DNA of 64,000 bases from the human T2T-CHM13v2.0 reference genome, Homo sapiens, in the NCBI RefSeq assembly GCF_009914755.1, contig NC_060929.1; one strand, written 5' to 3'. Positions 30,151-57,334 of the stretch are shown piece after piece (within the stretch, counting starts at the first letter, position 1; each line of letters begins with the position of its first letter). The position numbers were made by a program, and so were the translations under genes. The notes beneath the pieces are model-generated. The model ran no database searches. It was not told the origin of the DNA and saw only the letters and a program-made list of their open reading frames with translations.

Positions 30151-30542
30151 AAAACTTCTACACTCTACTGTCTCCTTAAGCAGGATACAAACCCATCTTG
30201 CACCATCCTTTTAAAATGCCTCCTTCGTAATGCTTTTTAAAATTCTTGCAATAAATATACCCTTTGAAATGAAAACCCCTATGAACTATAGGTATTGTCT
30301 GGAAAACACAGCACATAATCAGCCATTAAAATCTTAACACAAATTAATTTATCACATTAGCTTGCAAGGAGCAGGGTCCTAACTGTGAAGGAAAACAAGG
30401 CATTTAAGCTTTAATGGGGATGAAAGATTCAAGACATTTCTGGAAAATGTCTGCTCCTTGAGGTCAAAGGGTAGACTTTTGTTTTAGCATATTCAGACTC
30501 TATTATGCTACTAAGTGAAAAGTGTGTACTCAAAAAAATGTT

Positions 30543-30626
30543 TGGATGCATGGATGGATGGATGGATGGATGGATGGATGGATGAGTGGGTGGATAGGTG
30601 GATCTGTGGATAGGTGGATGGATGAA
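30543..30626. repeat. (TGGA)n simple repeat
   Basis: read directly from the sequence. Confidence 0.92.
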
Positions 30627-31354
30627 TGAGTTATTCTCTCTAAAGACCATTGGGTTTCATGAGCAGTCAGTGGGTAAGTGGAGGACAATGGAGCAATGAG
30701 GTGATTCCATAATTGGGAAGAAACAGCACTGGGTGACTATGGGAGAGGAACTGGGTGACTGGAAAAAGTGGTAGAAAAAAAGCTTCCTTTTTTAATGTAT
30801 ACCTTTTTGTGCCCTTGGGTATGCCTTACCTATTCCAAAAATTAATTTGCTTTAATTTGGTACATAAAAGGACAAGGAAGAACTGTAAGACAAACATTCT
30901 CCATTGCACAAGCCTGCCTTGAGTGAGTCTGAGTAAACTGTATCAGCAACATCCCATTAACTGTAAAAGCTGTCTTTTCTTTCCTTAAAACGTGTTCTTC
31001 CTTGTATCTGGTTGTTAGCCAAGATAAGAAAAGCCAGAGTCCAAATAACTTTTAGGATGCAAGACCTTCTAAAAGATTTGGATGAGTGAAAAGAGGTACT
31101 ATTCACCCAAAGAACTACCATGAGACCATGGGGAAGGCCTTGGTGGCATACCATTGGCTGCCTGATTTAGAAAGTATGTGCACCTAAGACTGAAAAAGAA
31201 ACTACTGCTCACCTTTTAGGTCAACATATACATAAAACTCCTGGCATTCTCATTATTCCTGTGACTACTAGAATTCTGCAGTCTAACACATTTTTGAAGA
31301 GAATATATAAACAGAAAATATGAAATCTTGGTGCTTACCTATCTTCATTAGATG

Positions 31355-31510
31355 TTCTGCCACTGAGTACCATGCAGTTTGGGCCAAATCAATTAATTTC
31401 TCTAGGACTCAACTTTCCTCATATGTGAAATGGGGATAAACCACTAATTCTGGTTTCAAAGGATCATGGAGATAATCAAAAGAAGTGATTGTGAATGTAC
31501 TTTGTAAATG
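31355..31510 (+). mobile_element. MIR
   Basis: ctctaggactcaactttcctcatatgtgaaatggggataa. Confidence 0.7.
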
Positions 31511-31789
31511 AAGCTCCACACACAAATATAAGAGCACAACTATTCCTTTCCCAGTATGCACCCAGCCCCCATTTATAGAACTTCTCGAGAAAATGTTGAG
31601 TCCACTGATCCCCCAACCACACCAGCTTTCTGTGGAATGTTATCACACAACAAAGTCTCTTCTAGGAAACTAAGCACCTGGAAGACCTTATTAGGTGCAC
31701 CAGTTGGCAAGTCACTGCTTCAGAATATCAGTCAGCCAAGAAACAGTGTGGCTGTGTGCCTGCCTTATTCTCAGAAATACCATAACTAA

Positions 31790-31935
31790 AGGTCTTGTCT
31801 CACTCCCAGTTATAAGCCATGTGACCCTGGAAGAGTCCTCCAACCTACCTGATCCTCAAATTTACATTTACAAAGTGGGAATCGCAATATCTTTCTTCCT
31901 TATCCTACAGGCTTGTAGGGTATGAATCAATAAGA
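31790..31935 (+). mobile_element. MIR
   Basis: gccatgtgaccctggaagag...cctcaaatttacatttacaaagtgggaat. Confidence 0.6.
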
Positions 31936-31974
31936 CAATAGGTCATCACAAAAAGTTATTCTCATCATATACAT

Positions 31975-32125
31975 TGTCTGCCCCTATTGAAATGTAAACA
32001 CCATGAGTTCAAGGGGTTTGGACTGTTTTATTCACTGACACATCCTCAGCATCTGGATCCTCAGCATCCAGAATAATACCTGGCACATAATGGGCATTCA
32101 ATAAACATTTGTCAATGAACGAATA
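31975..32125 (+). mobile_element. L2 3' end
   Basis: aatgtaaacaccatgag...cctggcacataatgggcattcaataaacatttg. Confidence 0.75.
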
Positions 32126-33067
32126 ACTAATAAAGGCAGTAACTCTATATTGTCACCAATATTATTCTTCCAAATGTTCATTTAAAATTTAAAGTCCAAA
32201 ACTTAAAGCACCCATTTTGTGTACATATTCATTTATTTGTAGTTTAACTCTACAATGTACATTACATACTAGAGAAGAGATTTTCCTCTAAAATACATAA
32301 GAGAAACAGAACATAAAAAACTGTACCTCAGGCTCCACAGTGACCATTGCACCTGCAAACAGGGAAATCAGTCTTTGAAAATCTGGCTCTAAATATTTTC
32401 TGAAATAATTAACTAATTGCACTATTTAAAATAACATCTGATCCACTATTAAGGGGAATGCCAAGGTAAAATAAATAATAACCCCTTAAGGCCTACCTAA
32501 GCAGGAACTGAGACTCTAGGTCTTTGGAGACTGGTTATAATTGTAGCTCCCAAATCCATTGTTCTGCCTCAAACCATTCTGTGAAACCTATCTCCCATCC
32601 TTAGGTAAACAAGCCTCGGAGGTCTATGTTTCTCTCTTTCTTACGGTAATTGTAAATACTTCAAAATGGCTACCATTGACACCCTTCCTAAAGCAGAATT
32701 TAACAATATTTATCAAAACAATCACCGAACTTTAACATTGCTCATACCCTTTCACCTGGTTAATTGTAATAACAAAAATTATAAATCACTTAACGATCTA
32801 ACAATAAGAAGTTGATAATTTTTAAAACTATTTTTAAATGGTGAATATTAGAAAAAATCACATTCAGAAAGCTGCTTGGTGGTTTCAGTGGACACAGTTC
32901 TTCTTGTATATAGAGAATTTAATAATTTATAAACCACAAATATCATATCACTTGTGACTCTACCTGCTCAGGGAAAGGTAGGACTGAGAATGTACCCATT
33001 TTGCAAATTTTGAAATATTCTCCATAAGTTTAGAAAGTCTGCCTGTAGAAAGAATCTGGTAAGCAGT

Positions 33068-33728
33068 TGTGACTGGAAAAATTCTAAGGCAGCCCTCAAG
33101 AATCCCACAGCCTGGTGTACGCATCCTCTATAATCATCTCCCTTGAGAGTGAGTTGGACTTATGTATGTAAGATAACCCTCCATGATTATGTTACATTAT
33201 ATGGCAGAAGGGATTTTTCAGATAAAATTAAGGTCCCTAATCAGTTAACTTTGAGTTAATAAAAAAGAAGCCTATCCTAAGTGGGCCTGACCTAATTAGG
33301 CAAGCTCTCAAATCCAGTCAGAATTAAAGTGAGACAGAAATCTGCTCCCAGTCATGAAGGAGAAAGTTCCCATGGTATGGAGAGGGCCATGTGGCACCGT
33401 GTGACAAGCAGTATCTAGAAGCAAAGATTAGCCCCATTTGAAAGCCATCAAGAAAGCAGAGACCTCAGTCCTACAGCTGAAAGAAAATAAATTCTGGCAA
33501 CAACTCAAGGGAGTGTGGAAGTGGATTTTTCCCTAGTCAAGCCTCCAAATGAGGACACAGCTGACTAAGACCTTGATTTGAGCCCTGTAAAATGCTGAAC
33601 AAAGGACCAGTGAATCCATGCCTGGTCTCCTGACCCACAGACACTTGGAGACAATAAATTCTTGTTGTTGTAAGCCACTAAATCCATAATAATTTGTTAT
33701 GCAGCAAATTTTTTAAAAACCTAATATA
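33068..33728 (+). mobile_element. MLT1E-family MaLR LTR
   Basis: attctaaggcagccctcaagaatcccacagcctggtgtac...ttacattatatggca...gacctcagtcctacagc...tttgttatgcagcaa. Confidence 0.82.
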
Positions 33729-34574
33729 GTAAAGAGACATGTTCTAGAATCAAGTTACTCACCAGCTAGAGACTGATTTTCAAGTCCAATGTGTTTCATG
33801 TACCTCCAGTTCCCCAGGTCTAAGGTCTGACTCGGCCTTTGCATGAATAGTAAACTCTAGTTCACATTTTCCTGGCCCTCTCTCGTCAACCACAGCAAAG
33901 GCAAATGGCCAGCAACAGAGAGAATAAGCTACATGTCTTCAGGACCAAGAAAAGCAGCTCCAATTATCTCCAATGATCCTACAGGACTGCTCCATTTGAT
34001 AAGGGAATCAGACAAGCTCTGAGTTGGGAAGCTTTGCATCAGCATACTCCAATATCATGCTGTTTGCTATTTTGATTTCCTAGGGGAGACAGAAAAATTT
34101 CACAAGTGCACTCAATTGCTGTCAAATCAGCCGCCCTACTTGTGTTTCTCTGGAGCTGCTGCTGCTGGCTTTACGTCTCATTAGAGTAAATGGGCATGGT
34201 TTTCCCTGATTCTCACCTCTATAGGCAAATGTGGATCTCTTAGAAAGCAATGCAACCATTTCCAGGTAATTTTGCGAAATACTTCCTGATGTCCAGCAAA
34301 CTCTGCCACAAGGATGCAAAAGCCATGTTCCCTGCATTCCCATAGCAGGAGACAGGATCCTTTCCTCCTCCCACTGGGAGAGCACAGATGCCTCATGTTA
34401 GATAATTGCTAGAAACATTGCTTAACATGATATAAGCCCCATGTGCCCCAGCTCCCACAGGCAACCAAGTACATTCTGCACATCAGCAGGGTGAGGAGAT
34501 AATCCCAGAAAATAGTTGCTCTTTCTTTCTTCCAGGGTGGTACATTTTGTGGCAATGTAAACAAAGACACATTT

Positions 34575-35735
34575 GCTGAAACAACTGCAATAGTCTCAAA
34601 GTTAGTCTTCTTCCTTCTGGTCTTGCTTCTTGCAATCCCTGTATTTCAATCTGCTGAGAGTTATCTTTCTAAAATACAAACATCACTGGGTCATGCAAAC
34701 ACTCTGCCTCTCCACTCCCAAAGCAAACACTGCTGCAAATTCTCTCAGGCCTTCAGGATAAAAATCCAGACTCTTCAGCATGAGACACCATGTTCTATGA
34801 TCCCCTTGTCCCTCCAAACACCTCGCATTCAATGCTCAACAAGTATTGAACTAACTTGCAATTCTTGAGACCCACCAAAATCATTCTCACCTCTAAGTTA
34901 TAAGGTGCTATTTCTTCCACTCACTCAGAATATTCTCCCTCTATTCTTTTCACCTGATTAACTCCAAGTCAGTTCCTTAGATTTCAGCTTAGAGTCATTT
35001 CCCCTAAAAGCCCTCTCTGATGCCCCTACCCCAGTGATGGGCTAGGACATCTAACAAGATGCTTCCCTCCCTCCCTGGCTGTTGAGGCATTCAACATACT
35101 CTAATAGAATCACTTATGTAATAGTCTTTCTTCCTCACTAGAAACTCATCAGCTTTATCTAGCTCACTGCTTTATCTCCATAACAGTACCTGGCAGAATT
35201 CAGGCACTAAATAAATGTTGAATAAAGGAAGAAAGGAATCAGCGAATGAAGTCATTCTTTTAAAATATATTTTTGCTAAAATTTTATTTGCGTATTCAAG
35301 GCCCTCTAGGATCAAAGCTTAGCCCAGTCTTCCAACGTCTTATACAACATCTATCAACACTCTGTAGCAGCCAGTCACAGTTAACCATCCCCTATTTCCA
35401 ACCCATGCTCCACACAGTCCTACCTCTGAGTCTTTGTTCACACTGCTCACTCAACAAGAATGTGCACACACCAGAATGCTACTATCAAAACACTTCCTCT
35501 TTAAAGACTTAGTTGGTTTCCCTGATGCAGATTTGATCTCTGCATCCCTCTCGTCCTTAAAGTATGGTGCTTCTACCTTCTGTTTAGCACTTTGGGGTTT
35601 TTGTCTAGGATTGTTTGTGTCTGTCTCTTCAACTGAAACATAAATTCCTTAAGGACAACAGTTTTTATATGCCTTCATCACAGAATCTAAAATGGGTTTA
35701 GTCATCACAGAATCTAAAATGGTTCTTAATAAATA
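34575..35735 (+). mobile_element. two tandem L2 fragments
   Basis: atctttctaaaatacaaa, caggataaaaatccagactc, cagtacctggcag...ataaatgttgaat; second 3' end near 35630-35735. Confidence 0.6.
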
Positions 35736-36519
35736 TTTATAGTATTATATAATATAGAGTTCACTTTATACAAGATGATTCTGTGCCTTAATGTGGTTTT
35801 AGGATTAAATAATAGCAATAATAATATTTAATATAATATATACCAGGTATTAACTTCATACACCGAACTCTGGTTGAATACTTCATATTCATTACTTGTG
35901 ATCTATTCAATATTACATGGTGGATATTAGCATCCCCACTTGAAGAAGAAACTGAAATTTAATTTATGTAAGCTGACAGAGATCACACAGTGAATAAATG
36001 GCACTCAAGCCTGTCTGGCAGCAGTGCCTGAGCTCTCGCCTCTAACATTCTGTCTTTGGCCACTTTGAGTGTGCAGCATGACTCTAAATGTTTGCATCAT
36101 TTCAACAGCATAAGCCTCTAAAGTGAAGCCTGGCTTTCCACAAGGTCCTTCGATGTTTGAAATAAATCAGACCTACAAAGTTTCACAAACCTTTCGCCTA
36201 CTCTGTCTGGCTGGCCACAGGCTGTTAATGATCTTTTACCAAGAGCTTTACTCCCTAGGGCATATCCATAGGTGATACCCATAAGCTGGACAACACTCGT
36301 CTCTACCTGCTCTTCAATCCTGGATCTGGCTTACACATTTACAAATTCATATACCTGTGATAAAATAAATACTTCTGCACTTGTGGCAGCTGAACCATGA
36401 GTGTGGACTCTTTGCAGGGAAAGTCAAGGAGTGGGAGGGAAGACCATTGAAGGCAACATGGTAGCAGCTGAGAAGTGAGGCACAACACATTACCACATCC
36501 TGCTGAATTATTTTCCAGT

Positions 36520-36725
36520 TGCCTAGCACTATTCTAAGCACTTTACATTCATTACTATGTTTCATCCATACAACTCCCTATGATGGGTGCTATTGTTATA
36601 CCCAATGTAGAGATGACAAAACTGACAAAGTAGTTAAATTATATCGCTTAGGTCACTCAGCTAAGAAGTAGAAGAGCAGTAATCAAACACAAATCTGTCT
36701 AACTCCATAGCACATGCTCAATGCC
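36520..36725 (-). mobile_element. MIR
   Basis: gcactattctaagcactttacattc...agatgacaaaactga...ggtcactcagctaagaagtagaagagc. Confidence 0.75.
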
Positions 36726-37614
36726 ATTCTGATATGCTGCTTCTGACATCTATCCATCTCGGTCTGTATAATATACTGACAAGCATTATCCAAGCTTGTA
36801 TCTAAAGAGTGTGCTCAGAATTGCTCTCTTTCTGCATAAGTGCTTAGAACAAAACAAAGAGAGCCCCAGGCACATCAACCCAAATAACTTCTCACTCCAG
36901 GGGCCTTCAAATCCCAAAGCTACTTTCTCAAGCATCTGGGTATTTGTCCCAAATCCTGACCTATTTCTAACTTGTGTAATTATATTGTCTTCCTAATTGC
37001 TCTTGGGTATTCCACTGTGTGAAACTGGCACAGCCAGTTCTCAGCCACTAGGCAATGTTGCTAGGCAGCCATTAAACAGCTGTTTCTATCCACCAGAAGA
37101 AGTAGATACATATCTAAAGGGAATGAAAATATTCTTTCAGAGTTTCACCACTTAAACAACAGAAAATTGCCTGGGATTTCTTTTGGGGGCATAGGTTCCA
37201 AACTTTGAAGACGTGCACTCTTAAAGGATTAACCCAGTGATCAAACCGTAGCCTTAGAGAAGCATTACTGAATTATTACATTTTTTAAAGCAAATAATTC
37301 CTCTGGAGGTGAGATAATCATCCTTTCTCCCTTTCCAGGCTATTTCCACTATTTTCAAAACTTATCTTTTTATCAAAGCTATTCTACCAACGGAAAGATG
37401 AAGTGAACTGCTCAAGGCAGAACACAGTCAAGCAGAGAATAGACATCCATCATTTATGGGGTCTAAATAAAGGTCATATGCCTCAGATGGGAGGTTTAGA
37501 CCCAAAGACTCTTCCAACTGGAATTATCTCACATTCAATTCATATCAGAAACTGACCATGAAAAAAAAACAGTTCTAAAGGTCTTCAGGTATACTGAAAT
37601 AGTGATAATATTAA

Positions 37615-37850
37615 CAACCAACGTTTATTGGGCACTGCATAACAGACATTTTACATGCATTATTTCATTATAACCTCATAAAAATCCAATGAAGGAGATA
37701 CTGTCATTGCCTCCATTTCATATGCCAGCAAAGAAAACATGAGAAAGGTGAAGCCATTCGTCCAGTGCCCCATGCCTGGGAATGTTGGAATCAGGAAATG
37801 AACACAGGTACCTCTGACTCTAGAACCTAGTCCCCTCATTTCTACACTGT
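37615..37850 (-). mobile_element. MIR
   Basis: ttttacatgcattatttcattataacctca...tgaacacaggtacctctgactctaga. Confidence 0.7.
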
Positions 37851-38150
37851 GCTATGTCCATACATTTTCAAACTCTGTTTTCTCCTTGGAATAGTCCTAA
37901 GGTCTTGCCCAGAATTGGGACTTCTCTGCCAAAAAAAAAAAAGAAAAGCATTTCTCAGAACTGAATCATATGGTTAACTGTCAGAAGAAAACTTGAAGAT
38001 GAAGGTGAAATGAATAATGAATAACCAGTGGGAAGAAAAAACCAGTATAAGAAGAAGGCACATGAGGACCAAGAGAATTTAAACACTTTTTTCATTTAGT
38101 AAGAGTGTGGGAGGAAACACAGAGGTCATCATTCCTAACTGCCTCTTTGA

Positions 38151-38573
<423 letters not shown>

Positions 38574-40578
38574 TAGTACTATTATTGATATTGGTACTAC
38601 TACTACTACCAGTACTATTAATACAACCACTGTGATTTTACAAGAAAACCTAGGAGATGCCTAACTTAAGCTGTTCCATGCTGTGTTCCCCACTAAACGG
38701 GCATTACAATATATTCTGGCACTTGTGCTTTATTTATGTGATAATGATATACACTACTACAGCATACTCAAAGCTGCTTTTATCCTGACAACATGGCCTC
38801 CTCACCCCCTTCCCCCACACACACAGTCACCCTCAACTCCATTCCTTTGTTTAATTTTTTCCAAGTACTTATTATTATCTAAAATTATTTTTTATTAATT
38901 TAGATGTTAACTGTCTATATCTTACCCTTGCTATTCAATGCAAGTACTAGAAGAGCATAAGCCATGTCTCTCTTGGGTGTCACTATATACGTAGAGCCTT
39001 AACAGTGTTTGTTGAGTGAGTGAAGGACAGTGCCATTGGCATGGGTCAGTTCAAGTACATGAATGTTTCCTTTTAAGCAGATCTGTCTGGAGCAAGATAG
39101 AGTCTATGACCAAAAAAACAGAAAGATGGAAGAAACATAGAACATTTCTATATTTTATGTCTTATCATGATATGATCTCTGGCATCATCATTTGTAAAAA
39201 ATAAAGCTTTTAAGTAGCATGCATCTCCTTCAGCACCCAAGAAGCAGAGAAGAAAAATGGCGTGTTGTCCTATCTTGTTCTGTAATGAAAATTGGTGTAG
39301 ACATTGTTCAATACTTGCTACTTCTTGGTATAGGAGCTTACGCCAGCTTTGGTTGCCCACATGATTTTGTGGGCCAGCTAGAGTAAAATAGTGTTTTAGA
39401 TCTTAAATGGTGTTTTAGACCTGGATTAGGTATTTTGGACCTAAGAGTATATTCTTCAAGATAATCAGTAGTCAAATAAACAGCAAAATATGAAAGAAGT
39501 AGATTGGCCTTTCCCAAAACATATAACTCTAGCTTTAGAAGACCACTTACAAAGGTCCCTACAGAGCAGGTTTCAAACTGTAGCTAATAGTTAGAAGGAA
39601 AACCTATTGCATATATAATTCTAAGAAGACAACTTTGGGCCCTATTATTTTGTTAAGAGCAATCTCAGAAGCATAAATATCATATACAGATCATAATAAA
39701 GATGTGGAGGAAAGTAACATAATTATAATAAAACTCACTTCTAAGAAGAAAGAACACAGCTTGAAAACCAGAGGGAGAAGGGCAAGAGGGTGGGTGGGAT
39801 CACAGAGGTCTAAGCATAGTAGAATGCATTGTTTTTGCCATCTGGAATCTTCTTATTAAAATGCCCCATGCTATAATTCCCTGAAAACTGTCTCAAACAT
39901 TTAGAGCTAAAACATCTAGCATTGAAATAATTACTTTGGAGTCTTGGGGCTCATAGGATTATACTCTGGATCCACTGATGAGCTTACAAACATAGTACCT
40001 CAATGTCATATTACAGCCCCAAGATTCTTTGCTTCAAACTTACGCTTCTATCTGCCTTTTTCCTATTCAATGCGATCTGGAAACTATTCAAATCCAATGT
40101 TGGGAAAGTGCGTTGGGTTGGGCCTAAGGGATATTTTCTTTAGTCCACACATTTTATAAAGAATTGAAATAAGATTTAACAAAAGTAGGTGCGAGCTGAG
40201 AGGTACAGAAAGAAAAAAAGATTTAATAAATAGAAAAATTCATATCGAAAAACAAAATACAACTTCCCAGATTCTCCTGAATTTTGTTTTTTCTCTTTAA
40301 CTTAGCCTATACTCCCAGATGGCCAAAAGCAGTTGAAGCTGATGAGAAGTGCCCCCTTGGAAAAGGGCATGTGTTTTTCAGTTTTGAACAGGCCCCACCA
40401 CCCTCTATTGTCTCTTAGCTTTAAGGTCTGTATATTGGCATTTGTCATTATATTCACATTGGTGGGGTTTTTTTTAATATTCAGTATACAAATGTTTCTT
40501 GGAATCAGTGTCTCTATCAAACATGTGAAATCAAAAGATGAAGAGAGCTGTGATGGTTCAAGGAAATTCACTTGGAAA

Positions 40579-41165
<587 letters not shown>

Positions 41166-41169
41166 TCAC

Positions 41170-41930
41170 CAACCCCCCAATAACAAAACATATTACAAAA
41201 CTATAGTAATGAAGACAGCATGATATTGGCATGTGAACAATAAACAATCAACAGAACAGAACAGATGCAAACTCATATATATGACAACATGATATATGAT
41301 GAGTGTGGCATTACAAATCAAGGGAGGAAGAAGGCCTGCTCAATAAATAGTGGTAGAACAATTATTTAATTGATCTCAATGTTGTAAAATAAATTAACAT
41401 ATAACCATATTTTATACCAGGCCCTAGTGGGTTAATACCCCAAATTTAAAGAAAAAACAAAATTTAAAAACTTGAGAGAACATAGAGCAATACACTTACA
41501 ATATTGGGGTAGAAAAGGATTTGTTTAAATAATGTATATAAAGTGCAAGCCACAGGAAAAAGTGAGGTAAATTTGACTATTTAAAACCTAACAGTTCCTC
41601 TCAACAAAAAGACACCATCAATAAGTTAAAACATAAATTACAATATGGAAGAAGATATTTGTAATATACCTAACTGGCAAAGGATTAGTATCCAAAACTA
41701 CTATAAATCAATCAGAAAAAAAAAGAGAGAAATAGGTAAAAGATATTAGCAGACAGGTCTTAAAGAGAGAAAATCTAAATGGCCATTAATACCATAAAGA
41801 GATGGTAAACTTTGTTAAGATATCAGAAACACGAAAGTTAAAACAACAAGATGCCATTTCGCAAACACTAATGACAAAAAAATGTAAAATTGACAATACC
41901 AGTGTTAGGATACAGAGAAATGGAGATTTT
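41170..41930 (+). mobile_element. old L1M ORF2 fragment (host of the L1PA7-like element; resumes 48439-48900)
   Basis: aaaactatagtaatgaagacagcatgatattggc; caaaggattagtatcc; tgacaataccagtgtt. Confidence 0.65.
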
Positions 41931-48422
<6,492 letters not shown>

Positions 48423-49299
48423 GAGAAATGGAGATTTTTATACACGACTAGGGAAGACAGACATTGCTTCACTGCCCATTTTGGTAAGGAATGAGTATAA
48501 TTAGTAAAGTTGAAGATGTATATATTTTTTAAGAATTTATTGTAGTAAAGAAGATGTGTATACCTTTTAGTTCAGTAAGTCCCTAAACAAAAGAGTACCT
48601 TCTGAAACTCACACATATACGCTAAGGAGACATATCCAAGAATGAACTAACACTGTGCATATCAACATGAATACATCCCTAAATAAAATGCTGGAAGTTT
48701 TTAAAGTGGACTACAGTGTCATTTATAGAGTTAAACACTAAATAATGTTTGAAAGGATGCAAACAGTACTGCATTTTGTTAGCAGGTCCATGCCTATAAG
48801 ACAAAAAGATGTTTTTAAATAATAAATAATAAAAATAATAAATAATAAAATAACAAAACTTTATTTTCAAGTTAATAGTTATCTTTGGTGAGGGAAGGAG
48901 ATTATAAGGATTGAGTTTTCATTTTTTGTTAAAAAGTCAGTTGTCAGTTTTATTGTTGGTTCATGAAAGTAATTTTTTTCTCTCTGCTATTAAGATTTCT
49001 TCTTAGCTCCTGGTTTACCTCAGTTTTATTTAGATGAGTTTAGGCGGTTTTTTTGTATTATCCTCCCTGGGGTTTGAGGCTCTCTGTAAATTAATAGATT
49101 AAGATTTTTTGACAATTTAGAAAAATACTTGATTATTACATTTTAAAATACTTCTGCAATATCCTTTACTCTTTCTCTGAGCCACCCCTTATAGGTATAA
49201 ATAATCATATACATATATAAATATATATAACATAATATACATATAAATACATAATATACATATACATTTTAAACCTTTCATCGTGTTTTGTCTTTTATA

Positions 49300-49993
49300 C
49301 AGATAGTCCCCAACTTAACAATGGTTCAATTTCTGATTTTTCCACTTTATGATGCTGTGAGAGTGATAACCATGCAGTAGAAACCATACTTTGAGTACCT
49401 ATCAAAGCATTTTGTTTTTCACTTTTCATGCAGTACAATCAGGCCTCCAAATCCATAGGTTTCCATATTTTTGCATTCAATCAATCACAGATCAAAAATA
49501 TTTCAGAAAGAAGCAATAAAAGAGAAGGCAAAAATAAAAAATAATACAAATAAAAACAATACAGTATAACAACTATTCCTGTAGTATTAGCTATTATAAG
49601 TAAGCTAGAGATGACTAGCATGAGGGAAAATGTGTGTAGGTTATACGCAAATACTATGCCATTTTATATAAGGGACTTGAGCATCCACAAATCTTGGTAG
49701 CCTTGCAGTGGAGGGGCGGGATCCGGAACCAATCCCCTACAGATATACAGAGATGACAGTATTCAATAAATTACATTACATATTTAATACTTTATTATAA
49801 AATAGGCTCTGTGTTAGATAATTTTGCCCAGCTGTAAGCTAATGTTAAGTGTTCTAAACACATTTAAGGTAGACCAGTCTAAGTTATGATGTTTAACAGG
49901 TGAGATGTATTAAACCCATTTTTAATTTATGATATTTTTAACTTATGATGAGGTTATCAGGACATAACCTCGTCATAAGTCAAGGAGCATCCG
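49300..49993 (+). mobile_element. MER47A-like TcMar-Tigger MITE split by a nested MER2
   Basis: termini cagatagtccccaactta / taagtcaaggagcatccg with TA on both sides. Confidence 0.78.
49436..49759 (-). mobile_element. MER2/MER2B TcMar-Tigger MITE
   Basis: taggttatacgcaaatactatgccattttatataagggacttgagcatcc...ggaaccaatcccc; TA duplication at 49434-35 and 49760-61. Confidence 0.8.
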
Positions 49994-50942
49994 TACTCTC
50001 TTCTCTATTTTCCATCCTTTTCTTTCTCCACACTTGAGTCTGGTTGTTCTCTTCTGTCCTTCAGTTCACTAATTCACTTATCAGTTGCATCTAAGCTGTT
50101 TAAACTGTCCATTTAATTCTTTATTTCAGTGATTGCATTTCAAGGCTCCAAATTTTGTATTTAGATTTTTTCATAGTTTCCAATTTTCCATCAAACTTCT
50201 ACATCCTGTCTCTTAATTCCTTGAACGTATTAATTGCAATTGTTTTAACACTAATATCTGGATCTGCTGTGGGGTGGTTTTCACTGTCTGTTTTTATCTC
50301 TTGCTTGTTTTATTGTCTGTTTTTATCTCTTGTTTGTTTCTTGTTGTTTGGGTCAAATCTTCTACGGAGGAAATATTTTATTGAGTATTATATATTACAC
50401 ATGAGAAATGTAGAAAATATCTGAGACTCTGAAGGATGTTATCTTCCTGCAATGTTTCAAATTATATTGATCCAATCACACAGTGAGATCATTCAAAGTT
50501 GGACTTGAATTTCTCCAAGAACTAATCTATTTTTAATTCACCGTCACTCCTAAGATCTGAAATGAAACTTTAAAGTTTTACTAAGGACCCTCTTCCCTAG
50601 CGTTGCCCTGAATTCTATTTTCACCATTCTGCCTGATGAGGATTCTTAATGCTAAATTCAGCTTCTCAGTCCCTGAGCTACTACTTCTGAAATCAACAAT
50701 CATCTCAAGGAGACGAGTAGCACTGAATGCCAGGATCACCTCTATGGGATTCTCTGCTCCCTCAGATCTTTACCTGATCCTCTCTTTCTTCATGGCTTTC
50801 TGTTTCCTTCATCCAGAATTTTTAAATGTATCATTCCGCCTGTTTAGTTGTTCTCATCCAGAGTTTTGGTCAGAGACAATCTGGTTTGGCATCACCAGAA
50901 GCAGAATACTGCTAAGGTGAATTTTGAGCATATCGAATCGCA

Positions 50943-50943
50943 C

Positions 50944-50988
<45 letters not shown>
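50943..50988. repeat. (TA)n microsatellite
   Basis: read directly from the sequence. Confidence 0.95.
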
Positions 50989-50991
<3 letters not shown>

Positions 50992-51188
50992 TAAAATATT
51001 TTTTTTAATTTGGTTAAAATCTATTCAGTCATTTTCACACAATATAACAACAAGCAAACAGAAAAAAAAAGTAATTTTACTTATATTCTTATAGAGGCTC
51101 TTCAGAGGAAAAAAACCTAGAACCTGAAATCTATCATGTCTTAGTTTTAACTTATTTTCTGTGATACCTCATGAAAATGACACAGACT

Positions 51189-57334
<6,146 letters not shown>

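Larger units (their letters stand above)
48920..50930 (-). mobile_element. old L1M 5'/ORF1 remnant hosting the MITEs
   Basis: T-rich antisense ORF1-like motifs (aagtcagttgtcagttttattgt; cttcagttcactaatt...tctaagctgtttaaactgtccatt). Confidence 0.5.

Noticed and set aside
30429-30650. His/Pro-rich 73-aa ORF
   Set aside because: Translation of the (TCCA)n simple repeat.
32963-33042. Minus-strand exon candidate (ttctttctacag … CAG|gtagag)
   Set aside because: Weak donor and no recognisable peptide; cannot be supported from sequence alone.
50155-50920. Hydrophobic 89-aa and 94-aa ORFs
   Set aside because: T-rich antisense strand of decayed L1M; compositional artefact.
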